This document shows positions 19,502 to 29,312 of a stretch of 64,000 bases of DNA, one piece after another; position 1 is the first letter of the stretch; the number at the start of each line of letters is the position of its first letter. The stretch spans positions 29,479 through 93,478 of the forward strand of contig CBFGJV010000008.1 of the NCBI GenBank assembly GCA_965649205.1. The letters run 5' to 3'. The notes beneath the pieces are model-generated. The model saw only the letters and a list, made by a program, of their open reading frames with translations. It had not been told where the DNA came from and ran no database searches. Made by a program: the position numbers and the translations under genes. Source of the DNA: a candidate division WOR-3 bacterium. GTDB lineage: Bacteria; Hydrothermota; Tepidihabitantia; Tepidihabitantales; Tepidihabitantaceae.

Positions 19502-21550
19502 ATGAGGAAAGACCTACTAATTGCTGTTGTCATAATACTAGCTATGGCAACAGTTGCGCCGGCTGCGAACCTTCTCACCGAAGGGTTTGACAGCCCCACC
19601 TTCCCGCCTTCGGGCTGGACGGTTTACAACTTCGACGGCTCGACCGGTCGGGGGACTTGGTGGTATCGTACCACGGTAGCCGCCAGAGTGTACAACCACA
19701 GTCCTGGAGCGGCAGATATAAACAAGTCGCAACAGGGAGTACCTAACAACGACTGGCTGATTTCTCCCCGCGTGGGCCCCATCGGGCCGGATGACTCGCT
19801 GCTCTTCTGGTATCGCACGCACGACAACTCCAATCCGGAAACACTGATAGTGAGAATATCGACTTCCAGCGATGTTTCAGACACCTCGGCTTATGTGCAG
19901 ATTGCCCATATGGTTCTGCGTAGAACCCAGCCGGGACGGTTTGCTCGTATCAGCCTGGCTCCGTTTGCGGGGCAAAGCATCTATATAGCCTGGGTTTACA
20001 AGATTTCGGGCCGACAGGGTGACGGACTTTCCATTGACGCTATTACCGTAAGTTCACCTGGAAATACCGTGACATTCAACCAGATGGGTCTTCCCGAAGG
20101 GACCGAATGGTATGTGGTATTTAATGGTGTAACCTACTATTCGACCGGTACCACTATCACCATAATGAATGTGCCCAACGGGAGTTATGAATGGAGCGTT
20201 TATACGCCGATTCCCGGAGGTGAGGGAGTCCGGTATGCGGCTTCGCCCGCAGAAGGTGTCATGCAAGTGCCCATTCAGACCGAGCAGACGATTATTTATA
20301 CCCCGCAGTACTATCTGACAGTGGTTTCGCCATATGGCACCACTGCGGGCGAGGGCTGGTATGATGAGGGCGCAGAGGCCTACGCGGAAGTTGACCCGCT
20401 GGTAGTGCCAGGAGAGGAAGGCGTGCAGTATGTGTTTACCGGCTGGAGCGGGGATGCCACAGGCGAAACCTCGCCTTCAGATCCAATCTTCATGTACGGG
20501 CCCAAGACTGCCATTGCTAACTGGAAAACCCAGTACTACCTGACTGTGATTTCTAATCCGCTGGGCATTACTGAGCCTACAGGTTCTGGCTGGTATGATG
20601 CAGGCGCCGAAGCCGAAATATCCACCCTCACGCCGGTTCTATTTGAGGGCAAGACTTATGTCTTTGCGGGCTGGACAACGGAGAATATGAGTGCCATAGC
20701 CGACCCGCTGGCCCTGACTACTACGGTTCTGGTTGAAGCACCGATGACAGTAAAAGCCAACTACCGGGAAGTAAGCCAGTCCACCGCCGCCCGGACCATC
20801 GGGTTCTGGGGCAATCGCAACGGACTAGCGCTCCTTACCTTGGCTGACGCTGAATTCCTCAATACACTCCCGCCCTATGAGACCTATACGCCGTATCCGC
20901 GCGAGCCCGAGAACGCCACTCCGTTTAGCACCACAGATTTGGAAGTGTTCAAACGGCAGGTAGATGGTTATTTGCAGAACGCCAACGCAAAAGACATGCG
21001 CTATATGCTGGCCGCGCAACTTTTGGCGACAGAGTTTAATGTTCGCAAAGGTTTTGTGGGCGAGGCCGACTCCGTGTGGCTGGACGACGGCGATATGATC
21101 TACGAGCCAGGCGAAGCAATGGCGGTGGCGGGAATAATGGATTGGGCCATTGCGGAGTGGCAGAACGGCACGCAGGAGTCCCGCGCCTATGTGAAAGATA
21201 TCTTGGACGATATCAATAATAACCGCGTGAGGTATATCGGCCCTGTAGCTTCTGGTTCTGGTCCGGCAGAGGCAGAGGGCAGTCGGAGCACGGGCGAATA
21301 TGCCTTAGCTGTTTATCCGAATCCTTTGGGCGCTTTCTCTGTCGTACGCTTTAGTCTGCCTGTTTCGGGCCGTGTAACGCTGAAGTTGTACAGTGTCACC
21401 GGGGCGCTGGTGGCAGACTTGGGCAGCGGTATCTACGGAGCGGGCGCGCATACCGTAAGTCTGAATGCCGCAGGACTAGCCCGCGGCACATACTTCCTGA
21501 AGTGCAGAGCCGAAGGCCTTGTGCGCGACACTAAGCTCGTGGTGAGGTAA
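19502..21550 (+). CDS. Secreted multidomain surface protein: choice-of-anchor J/cleaved-adhesin-like domain, thermopsin-like and InlB-B-like repeats, helical domain, T9SS-like CTD
   Basis: Signal peptide; EGFDSPTFPPSGWT..NNDWLISP; VTFNQMGLPEGTEWYV; two QYYLTV..GWYD..YVF.GW units; VYPNP..GTYFL; AAGGAG RBS. Confidence 0.85.
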   Translation: MRKDLLIAVVIILAMATVAPAANLLTEGFDSPTFPPSGWTVYNFDGSTGRGTWWYRTTVAARVYNHSPGAADINKSQQGVPNNDWLISPRVGPIGPDDSLLFWYRTHDNSNPETLIVRISTSSDVSDTSAYVQIAHMVLRRTQPGRFARISLAPFAGQSIYIAWVYKISGRQGDGLSIDAITVSSPGNTVTFNQMGLPEGTEWYVVFNGVTYYSTGTTITIMNVPNGSYEWSVYTPIPGGEGVRYAASPAEGVMQVPIQTEQTIIYTPQYYLTVVSPYGTTAGEGWYDEGAEAYAEVDPLVVPGEEGVQYVFTGWSGDATGETSPSDPIFMYGPKTAIANWKTQYYLTVISNPLGITEPTGSGWYDAGAEAEISTLTPVLFEGKTYVFAGWTTENMSAIADPLALTTTVLVEAPMTVKANYREVSQSTAARTIGFWGNRNGLALLTLADAEFLNTLPPYETYTPYPREPENATPFSTTDLEVFKRQVDGYLQNANAKDMRYMLAAQLLATEFNVRKGFVGEADSVWLDDGDMIYEPGEAMAVAGIMDWAIAEWQNGTQESRAYVKDILDDINNNRVRYIGPVASGSGPAEAEGSRSTGEYALAVYPNPLGAFSVVRFSLPVSGRVTLKLYSVTGALVADLGSGIYGAGAHTVSLNAAGLARGTYFLKCRAEGLVRDTKLVVR

Positions 21551-21573
21551 GCGCGACAGTCTAAAATACAATC

Positions 21574-21603
21574 AAGGAGGGCCCTCACGGGCCCTCCTTT
21601 CTT
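21574..21603 (+). terminator. Rho-independent terminator
   Basis: AAGGAGGGCCC-TCAC-GGGCCCTCCTT followed by T-rich bases. Confidence 0.85.
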
Positions 21604-21807
21604 AGGAGTAGAGGTAGCCGAACATATGGTGGATAGTAAACTGACTCGGGAGGAAGCCCCCCCCCCCCAACCATTCCCTCCCCAGCCCCCTATACCCTAT
21701 TTTCTACTACCTATCTATTAATAAACACCGCTAAATAACGGGCAACCAAGGCGGTGTTGGGGAGGTCTATACAGATGTACGCGCCGGATTGTTTTTGAAA
21801 GGAGAAG

Positions 21808-22815
21808 ATGCCTATGGAAGAGGTGCTTAAGGACGATATAAGGAAAGTACACGAAGAGATAGAGCGCGAGAGTGTTTTTGTGCAGGCGATTACAGCGGAA
21901 GTGAGCAAGGTAATCGTCGGACAGAAGTACCTTGTGGAAAGGCTGCTTGTGGGTCTACTTGCCGACGGCCACATTTTGATTGAAGGTGTGCCGGGACTGG
22001 CAAAGACTTATGCGGTGAAGACATTGGCGCGGACGATTGCCACGAAGTTTGCGCGCATCCAATTTACGCCGGACCTGTTGCCTGCCGATATCATCGGCAC
22101 GCAGGTTTACAATCAACGTACAGGAGAGTTTACCGCCCGCAAAGGGCCGGTGTTTGCGAATCTGGTTCTAGCGGACGAGATAAACCGCGCTCCGCCGAAA
22201 GTACAGTCTGCACTGCTGGAGGCGATGCAAGAGCGGCAGGTGACAATTGGTGAGGAAACTTTCAGGCTGGAAGAGCCTTTCCTTGTACTTGCTACCCAGA
22301 ACCCCATAGAGCAGGAGGGAACTTATCCTTTGCCCGAGGCGCAGACAGACAGGTTTCTTTTGAAACTACGCATAAGCTATCCTTCGCGGGATGAGGAGAA
22401 ACGTATAATTGACCGGATGACGACAGGGAAGGAACCGACAGCCGAACCGGTGGTAAAGCCTACAGCAATTCTGCGGGCAAGAGAGTTGGTGAATCGGATT
22501 TACATAGACGATAGGCTGAAGGACTATGTTCTGAATCTGGTGTTTGCCACCAGATTTCCGCAGGACCACGGGCTGGCAGACTTGGCGCCGCTCATCCGCT
22601 ATGGCGCCTCGCCACGCGCCTCCATATACCTTGTGACCGCGTCGCGAGCTTTGGCATTTCTCCGCCGTAGGGGCTTTGTAATTCCGGAGGATATCAAGGA
22701 GCTGGCGCCGGATGTGCTGCGGCACCGGGTAATACTTTCCTACGAAGCCGAAGCGCAGGAACTCACGCCTGACGATATTGTGCGACGAGTGCTGGAGCGC
22801 GTGGAGGTGCCGTAG
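21808..22815 (+). CDS. moxR: MoxR family AAA+ ATPase
   Basis: GHILIEGVPGLAKT, RIQFTPDLLPAD, DEINRAPPKVQSALLEAM, GASPRA. Confidence 0.95.
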   Translation: MPMEEVLKDDIRKVHEEIERESVFVQAITAEVSKVIVGQKYLVERLLVGLLADGHILIEGVPGLAKTYAVKTLARTIATKFARIQFTPDLLPADIIGTQVYNQRTGEFTARKGPVFANLVLADEINRAPPKVQSALLEAMQERQVTIGEETFRLEEPFLVLATQNPIEQEGTYPLPEAQTDRFLLKLRISYPSRDEEKRIIDRMTTGKEPTAEPVVKPTAILRARELVNRIYIDDRLKDYVLNLVFATRFPQDHGLADLAPLIRYGASPRASIYLVTASRALAFLRRRGFVIPEDIKELAPDVLRHRVILSYEAEAQELTPDDIVRRVLERVEVP

Positions 22816-22846
22816 ACAGGCAGGACATATATTTCTCCGGGGTAGA

Positions 22847-23806
22847 ATGACAAGGACAGCACGGCAAAGGCCAGAAGCGGCAAACCGCCCAAAGGAAACA
22901 AATCCACTGGCGAAGGTGCGGGAAATAGAAATCCGCACCAAGCGGCTGGTGAACACGTTATTCTCTGGAGATTACAAATCCTCGTTTAAGGGCCGGGGCA
23001 TAGAGTTCCTAGACCTACGGGAATATCTCCCTGGGGACGACATCCGCACGATTGACTGGAAGGTAACGGCGCGCTATGGGCTGGCGCGGGGAGAAAGTTA
23101 CCATCCGTTTGTTAAGAAGTATGCGGAGGAAAGAGAGCTTATGGTAATGCTGGTGGTAGATGCCTCGGGGTCATGTCGTTTCGGGACTAAGAATCAGCTA
23201 AAACTGGAACTGGCGGCGCAGGTGGCAGCGACCTTGGCGTTTGCAGCAATACGGAATAACGACAAGGTAGGGCTGATTTTCTTTACCGACAAGGTGGAGC
23301 GGTATGTGCCGGGAAAGAAGGGTCGCTCGCATGTGTTGAGGCTTATCCGGGATATACTGTATTTCCAGCCAGAGGGTAGAGGAACCGATCCGGTACAAGC
23401 TTTGGAGTTTCTGATGAATGTGGTGAAGCGACGGGCTATCGTTTTCTTTATTTCTGATTTTGCAGGTAAAGGGTTCAGGCCGGAAGCGTTGCAGACGCCG
23501 CTAGGAATAGCCAGTCGTAGGCACGATTTGGTGGCCATTTCGGTGACAGACCCGGCAGAGGAAGAGTTACCTGCGCTGGGGCTGGTGACGGTGGAAGATG
23601 CCGAGACCGGAATTTTGGCAACAATTGATTCGAGCGATCCTGCGTTGCGCAGGGTGTTCGCGGAGACCCGGCAGGCACAGGAAGGAGCGGTGAAGAGAAT
23701 GTTACGACGGTTGGGTGTAGATTATGTAGCGTTGCGGACGAGCGAGGACTTTACTGCGCGTCTGCATAAGTTTTTTCAGGAGCGGGCCAGGCGGTATAGA
23801 GGATGA
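22847..23806 (+). CDS. DUF58 (VWA-like) protein
   Basis: FKGRGIEFLDLREYLPGDDIRTIDWKVTAR, VDASGS, ISDF. Confidence 0.93.
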   Translation: MTRTARQRPEAANRPKETNPLAKVREIEIRTKRLVNTLFSGDYKSSFKGRGIEFLDLREYLPGDDIRTIDWKVTARYGLARGESYHPFVKKYAEERELMVMLVVDASGSCRFGTKNQLKLELAAQVAATLAFAAIRNNDKVGLIFFTDKVERYVPGKKGRSHVLRLIRDILYFQPEGRGTDPVQALEFLMNVVKRRAIVFFISDFAGKGFRPEALQTPLGIASRRHDLVAISVTDPAEEELPALGLVTVEDAETGILATIDSSDPALRRVFAETRQAQEGAVKRMLRRLGVDYVALRTSEDFTARLHKFFQERARRYRG

Positions 23807-24843
23807 GACTGGGAGGGAAGCGCAGTTCGGCGAAGTTCTGGCAGGTGGTATTGGGTGTCGTCTGGATTTGGGGAGGGGGTCTGGTTCTGGGTTCTGACTC
23901 GCTGTATGTTGGTTCGCAGTCTGGCGACACTGCGGCCGAATTTGCTTACCGGGTGGTGGAACGGGGACCGGTATCTGTGTCTGCCCGGGTATTGCCAAGT
24001 CGCAGCAGAAAACCTTTGACAGTGGGGGACAGGTTTCGGCTGGAGTTGACGGTGAAGCGTCACCGGAACCTGAAGATATCCGGGCCTTTTGCGGAGAGTC
24101 TGGGCGCATTTCTGGTGCTGGGGACTAAGCAGAGGGTAAGATATCAGGGGGATACGGTTGTTGATGTGCAGGAGTTGCAGTTGGCAGCTTTTGCGCCGGG
24201 AAAGCTTATGCTGCCGAGGTTTGTGGTTACTTTTGCCGATTCGGGAGAGCTGCGGGCGATAAGAAGCGAGAGTGTGGATATAGAGGTGAAGAGCGTGTTG
24301 TCCGAGAAAATGGAGGATATTAACGACTTGAAGCCGCAGGCGCAATTCCCGAATCTTTTGCCTTTGTTCATTGCGCTGGGCGTAGGGGCGTTGGCAGGTT
24401 TGGGTTATGGAGGCTGGCGTTTACAGAGGCTTTTGCGCAGTCGGAAGACGGAGGGTGAGCGGCTGGCTGAACCTTGGGAGGAGGCTTTGTCTGCTCTGGA
24501 AAAGCTTCCGGCGAGGGAGTGGATTTCTGCCGGGCAGGTGAAGAGGTTTTATTACGCGGTTTCAGAGATTCTGAAGCGTTATTTGGCTCGGCGGTTTGGT
24601 TTTCCGGCTGTAGATGAGACGACGAGCGAGGTGATTCAAGAGTTGAAAAGGGCTAAAGTGGAGTTGCGGGATGAGTTTGCCGATTTTTTTCGCCGGGCGG
24701 ATATGGTGAAGTATGCTAAGTTGGTGCCGGAGCTGGCGGAGATGGAGGCGGTGGTGCCGACCGTGCGAAGTCTGATTGAGCGTACAAAAGTGGCAGGAGC
24801 GAGCGAGGTCGGGGCGCGTACAGAAGCAGGGCCGACGGTGTAG
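23803..24843 (+). CDS. Bat-operon accessory membrane protein (BatD-like Ig fold plus TM and helical tail)
   Basis: Lies between DUF58 and BatA; VGDRFRLELTV, DINDLKP, ETTSEV, ADMVKYAK. Confidence 0.8.
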   Translation: MRLGGKRSSAKFWQVVLGVVWIWGGGLVLGSDSLYVGSQSGDTAAEFAYRVVERGPVSVSARVLPSRSRKPLTVGDRFRLELTVKRHRNLKISGPFAESLGAFLVLGTKQRVRYQGDTVVDVQELQLAAFAPGKLMLPRFVVTFADSGELRAIRSESVDIEVKSVLSEKMEDINDLKPQAQFPNLLPLFIALGVGALAGLGYGGWRLQRLLRSRKTEGERLAEPWEEALSALEKLPAREWISAGQVKRFYYAVSEILKRYLARRFGFPAVDETTSEVIQELKRAKVELRDEFADFFRRADMVKYAKLVPELAEMEAVVPTVRSLIERTKVAGASEVGARTEAGPTV

Positions 24844-24847
24844 AGTT

Positions 24848-25834
24848 ATGAGTTTTGCCCATCCCTGGTTTTTATTGCTGCTGATTGCGGTGCCGGCGTT
24901 ATTTTTGTGGTTGGTGGTGAAGCGGCGGGGAGCTGTGATTTACAGCGACCTTTCTTTTCTTGCGGGTGCGCCTAACCGGGGGCGCTGGTGGGCGGTGGTT
25001 CCCGCCGGTCTCTGCAGTGTTTCACTTCTGTTTATGGTTGTGGCGCTGGCGAGGCCGCAGCGGGGACGGCGGTTTGAGGAGGTGGAGGCGCGAGGGGTGG
25101 ATATAGTGTTGTGTATGGATATTTCGGGTTCTATGCAGGCAGAGGATTTTTCGCCAAAGAATAGGCTGGCCGTGGCAAAGGAAAGGGCTAAGGAGTTTAT
25201 TGCGAGGCGAAAAGGTGATAGGATTGGTCTGGTGGTATTTTCAGCGACGAGCCTTACGCAGTGTCCGCTGACGCTGGACAAGAAAATTCTGGAAGAGCTT
25301 ATTGACCGGCTGGATTTCGGAATGCTGGAGGATGGAACGGCAATCGGGCTTGGGCTGGCTTCGGCTGTAGCGCGGTTGAAGGATTCGAAGGCGAAGGATC
25401 GGGTAATAATTTTGCTTACAGATGGAGTGAATAATACCGGGGATATTGATCCGCTTACCGCAGCAGAGGCGGCGGCAAGTATGGGTATCAGGGTTTATAC
25501 GATAGGCGTAGGTTCGAAGGGAGAGGTACCTTTTCCGGTGCAGTATGAGATATTCGGTCGGAGGGTGACTCGCTACCAGCGGGTGAGGATAGACCTAGAT
25601 ACGGAGACTTTGCAAAGGATAGCGGATATTACGGGAGGGAAGTTTTTCCTAGCCACAGATGGAGCCGGACTGGGGCAGATTTATGATGAGATCAGTCGAA
25701 TGGAGCCGAGTACTTTCCGGGTTAGGCAGTACACGGTGCAGGAGGAAAGAGCAGGATTGCTGTTGTTGGCGGCGGTTGTTTTGGCGAGTGCGGGATTGGC
25801 GCTGGGAGAGACGGCGTTGCGGAGGTTGCCTTGA
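24848..25834 (+). CDS. batA: BatA VWA-domain protein
   Basis: FAHPWFL, ALARPQ, DISGSM (MIDAS), GTAIG, LLTDGVNN. Confidence 0.9.
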   Translation: MSFAHPWFLLLLIAVPALFLWLVVKRRGAVIYSDLSFLAGAPNRGRWWAVVPAGLCSVSLLFMVVALARPQRGRRFEEVEARGVDIVLCMDISGSMQAEDFSPKNRLAVAKERAKEFIARRKGDRIGLVVFSATSLTQCPLTLDKKILEELIDRLDFGMLEDGTAIGLGLASAVARLKDSKAKDRVIILLTDGVNNTGDIDPLTAAEAAASMGIRVYTIGVGSKGEVPFPVQYEIFGRRVTRYQRVRIDLDTETLQRIADITGGKFFLATDGAGLGQIYDEISRMEPSTFRVRQYTVQEERAGLLLLAAVVLASAGLALGETALRRLP

Positions 25835-27495
25835 TAAAGTGGGCGGAGCCGACATATCTGTGGTTACTTTTGCTGGTGCCGACGTTAGGAATGGCGAGTC
25901 TTGTCTGGGGTATTTTCATGCGGCGGCGGTTGTTACGCGCGGTGGATGCAAAGCTGGTGCCGGAGATTACAAGTAGTGTGGTGCCGGCGCTCGGAGTGGA
26001 AAAAAGGGTTTTGCTTCTCGGGGGACTGGCTTTTTTGATTGTGGCGGCGGCTAGGCCAAAGTGGGGGGAGAAGTTGCAGTTGTATAAGGGAAGAGGAGTT
26101 GATGTGGTTATTGCGCTTGATGCTTCGAAGTCTATGCTGGCAGAGGATGTAAAACCGAATAGGCTGGCGCGGGCGAAAGCGGAGTTGGGAGCGTTAATTG
26201 AGGGACTGGGCGGCAATGCGGTGGGGATTACGGCTTTTGCCGGGGATTGTTTTGTGATGTGTCCTTTAACGACGGATTTGGAGGCGGCGAAGTTGTTTCT
26301 GGATATTATCGAGCCGGATGCGATGCCGGTGCCAGGGACCGATTTTGGCCGAGCGATTGATGTTTCAATGGGTTTGTTTAGTGTGCAGGAGAGGAAATAT
26401 AAAGCCCTGGTGCTGGTGACGGATGGTGAGGATTTGGGGAAGAATACGGCGCAGGCGATACAGCGAGCCGCAGAGGCGGGGGTGAGGATCTTTCCAGTGG
26501 CTTTTTCTACAGCAGAAGGGGGGGTGATTCCGGAGTATGATGAGAGAGGGAATTTGAAGTCGTATAAAAAGGACCGGCAGGGGCAGACGGTGATGTCGCG
26601 GATGAATGAGCGATTGCTTTTCTTGATGGCGCGAGCGACTGGGGGCAGGTTTATGCGGGTGGAAGGATTCTCCGCGGAGCGTCTGCTTGCAGAGCTGAAT
26701 GCCATGGAGAAGAAAGAAATAGGCGGTGGAGCTTATGCGGAATATGTGGAAAGGTATCAGTTGTTTCTGGCGCTGGCGCTGGCGCTTTTTGGGGCAGGAC
26801 TGGTTTTGTCGAATCGCAGGGGAAGCTGGTTGCCGGTGGAGTGGAGAAGAAGATGGGGGGGAAGAAAGTGGAAGTTTTTGGTGGCGGCCGCAGCTTTTTG
26901 CGTTCTGGGCGGCGCTGCGGCGCAGGCGGATGTGGGCGCTTTGATGCGAAAGGGGAACGGGTTGTATGCACGAGGAAAGTATGAGGAGGCGCTGGAGATG
27001 TATCAGCAGGCAGGGGTGCTGGAGCCGGATGCGACGGCTATTCGGTATAATTTGGGTAATACGTTGTACCGACTGGGGAAATATCAGGAAGCGGTGAAGG
27101 AACTGGAGCTGGCGGCAACGGATAAGAACGCAAAGCGGCGGGCGGAGGCATTTTATAATATTGGCAATGCGTTGTATCGCTCCGGAGTGCTGGAGGGAGC
27201 GATAAAGGCATATATTTCCGCGCTGGTGTTGAATCCTGCTGACCGGCAGGCAAAGGAGAATCTGGAGTTTTGTTTGAAGAAAAGGGGGGAGGCACAGCGG
27301 GATTCTTCGCGGCAGGAGGGGGGGCAGAAGCAGTCGCAGCCACAGCAGTCTTCGGCGTCAAGGCCCGAGCCACAGATGAGCCGGGAGCAGGCAGAGCGAG
27401 TGCTGGAAGCGGTGGAGAGTAAGGAGAAGGAGGAGCAGAAGAAGAGGCAACAGCAGCTTTCCCGGCGGAGACGAGTGGTGGAGAAGGATTGGTGA
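25831..27495 (+). CDS. BatB-BatC fusion (VWA + TPR)
   Basis: ARPKWG, DASKSM, VTDGED; then TM, TPRs (YNLGNTLY, YNIGNALY), Gln-rich linker and EKDW end typical of BatC. Confidence 0.88.
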   Translation: MIKWAEPTYLWLLLLVPTLGMASLVWGIFMRRRLLRAVDAKLVPEITSSVVPALGVEKRVLLLGGLAFLIVAAARPKWGEKLQLYKGRGVDVVIALDASKSMLAEDVKPNRLARAKAELGALIEGLGGNAVGITAFAGDCFVMCPLTTDLEAAKLFLDIIEPDAMPVPGTDFGRAIDVSMGLFSVQERKYKALVLVTDGEDLGKNTAQAIQRAAEAGVRIFPVAFSTAEGGVIPEYDERGNLKSYKKDRQGQTVMSRMNERLLFLMARATGGRFMRVEGFSAERLLAELNAMEKKEIGGGAYAEYVERYQLFLALALALFGAGLVLSNRRGSWLPVEWRRRWGGRKWKFLVAAAAFCVLGGAAAQADVGALMRKGNGLYARGKYEEALEMYQQAGVLEPDATAIRYNLGNTLYRLGKYQEAVKELELAATDKNAKRRAEAFYNIGNALYRSGVLEGAIKAYISALVLNPADRQAKENLEFCLKKRGEAQRDSSRQEGGQKQSQPQQSSASRPEPQMSREQAERVLEAVESKEKEEQKKRQQQLSRRRRVVEKDW

Positions 27496-27503
27496 GGGAC
27501 AAG

Positions 27504-29312
27504 ATGAGGGCACGGTTTCTGGGGTTTTGGGTTGTGGCGCTGGCGTGGGGCGCGTTTGCCGGGGAGTTGCATTTTTCGGCCGAGGTGGACCGCACGAGCG
27601 TTGGGCTGGGCGAGCAGTTACAGCTGATTGTGACTGTGCGGGGGAGTAATATCGGGAGCGTACCGCGGCCGCAGTTGCCGGATTTGCCCGATTTTGACAA
27701 TCTGGGGAGCACCTCGTCGCAGTCCACGAATATTTCTTTCGTGAATGGCCGGATGAGTCAGGAGCAGAGTATTAGTTTTGTTTATTTCCTTGCTCCAAAG
27801 CGGGTGGGCACTTTCTCTATCGGGCCTTGTCGGTTGGAGTATAAGGGCCAGACCTATCAGACGCAGCCGATTACGATTACCGTGACTAAGGAAAGTCAAG
27901 CACCGCCGGCGAAACCACGACAGCGGACGCCTGCGCCGTTTGATCCTTTTGACTGGGACCCGTTTGGTCCGCCGCAAAGACAGAGGCAGGCGTCAGGCCG
28001 CATAGAGGATGACGTGCGGCTGGTGGCGGCAGCCGACCGCACGAGTGTGTATCAGGGCGAGCAGGTGACGGTGAGTTTTACGCTTTACACTCGGCGGCAA
28101 ATTGCGAATCTGAGGCTGGTAGAGGTACCGAGTTTTGGTGGGTTCTGGGTGGAGAATCTTTATGATGCAAAGGAGTTGCAGTATCGGCTGCGAGAGTATG
28201 GCGGAAGGCAGTACGATGCCGCATTGCTGAAGAAGGTGGCGTTGTTTCCCACGCAGGCAGGCGAGTTGCGGATCGGACCGATGAAGGTTGCTGGCGAGGC
28301 CGTTGCTTCGGGCGGGTTCTTTTTTCAGAGCGCGGAGCCCTTTGAGATTTCGTCGAGCCCGATAACGGTTACGGTGAAACCTTTGCCGGAGACAGGAAAG
28401 CCGGAGAGTTTTACTGGGGGCGTCGGCAGGTTTGAAGTGACGGCAAAGTTGTCTGGAGATAGCTCGACAGGAGGGGAGCCGGTGAATCTAATTGTACGGG
28501 TGACAGGGAGAGGTAATCTGCGGCTTTTGAGTGCGCCGAAGTTGCCTGCCATACCGGGGCTGCGCATTCTTAGTCCGGAGACGAAGGATAAGGTGGTAGA
28601 AGAGGGAGCCGGAGTTTCGGGTTATAGAGAGTTTGTTTTTCCGTTGCTGCCGCAGGTGGACGGAAAGTATGTGGTACCGGCGTTGGAGCTTGGTTTTTTT
28701 GACCCCGGTTCGGGAAATTACTATGTGAGGAATACGCCGAGACTGGAGTTTACGGCGAGGGGCACAGCGGCCGCAGCGGCGATTGGGGAAGCAGAAGGCG
28801 GAGTGCGGGTACTTGGTTCTGATATAAGGCATATCAAGGCTTTGCCGGGTGCGCGTAAGCCGGGCTGGAGTGCAAGTGCAGGGTGGTTACAGGTGGTGTT
28901 GTATCCGGCCGGAGTGGTGGTACTGGTGTTGGGTTTGGTGCGGGCACAGTATTTGAGGAGGTTGGCAGAGGACCCAGGTTACGCGCGCAAGCTGCGATCA
29001 GGGAAGTTGGTGCGAAAGCGACTGGCACAGGCGCAGAAGTTGCTGGGGGAAGGTAGAGAGAAGGATTTTTACGCGGCACTGGCGCAGGCGGTGCTTGGGT
29101 ATGTAGGCGATAAGTTCAACTTGGAAGCGCAAGGAATGACGAGCGAGGGACTAGCCGTCAGCCTGCGGCAGAAGGGCGTGAACGAAACTGCAGTGAACGA
29201 AATTCTGGATATTGTGCAGGGTTGCGACGCGGCGCGGTTTTCTGTGGGCATGGCGAGTTGCTCCGCGGCTGAGCTTCTGGAGCGGGCGACGAAGGCGTTG
29301 GGGAAATTGTGA
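27504..29312 (+). CDS. batD: BatD family protein
   Basis: SAEVDRTSVGLGEQ, VYQGEQV, VKPLP..FTGGVGRF, GRGNL. Confidence 0.9.
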   Translation: MRARFLGFWVVALAWGAFAGELHFSAEVDRTSVGLGEQLQLIVTVRGSNIGSVPRPQLPDLPDFDNLGSTSSQSTNISFVNGRMSQEQSISFVYFLAPKRVGTFSIGPCRLEYKGQTYQTQPITITVTKESQAPPAKPRQRTPAPFDPFDWDPFGPPQRQRQASGRIEDDVRLVAAADRTSVYQGEQVTVSFTLYTRRQIANLRLVEVPSFGGFWVENLYDAKELQYRLREYGGRQYDAALLKKVALFPTQAGELRIGPMKVAGEAVASGGFFFQSAEPFEISSSPITVTVKPLPETGKPESFTGGVGRFEVTAKLSGDSSTGGEPVNLIVRVTGRGNLRLLSAPKLPAIPGLRILSPETKDKVVEEGAGVSGYREFVFPLLPQVDGKYVVPALELGFFDPGSGNYYVRNTPRLEFTARGTAAAAAIGEAEGGVRVLGSDIRHIKALPGARKPGWSASAGWLQVVLYPAGVVVLVLGLVRAQYLRRLAEDPGYARKLRSGKLVRKRLAQAQKLLGEGREKDFYAALAQAVLGYVGDKFNLEAQGMTSEGLAVSLRQKGVNETAVNEILDIVQGCDAARFSVGMASCSAAELLERATKALGKL

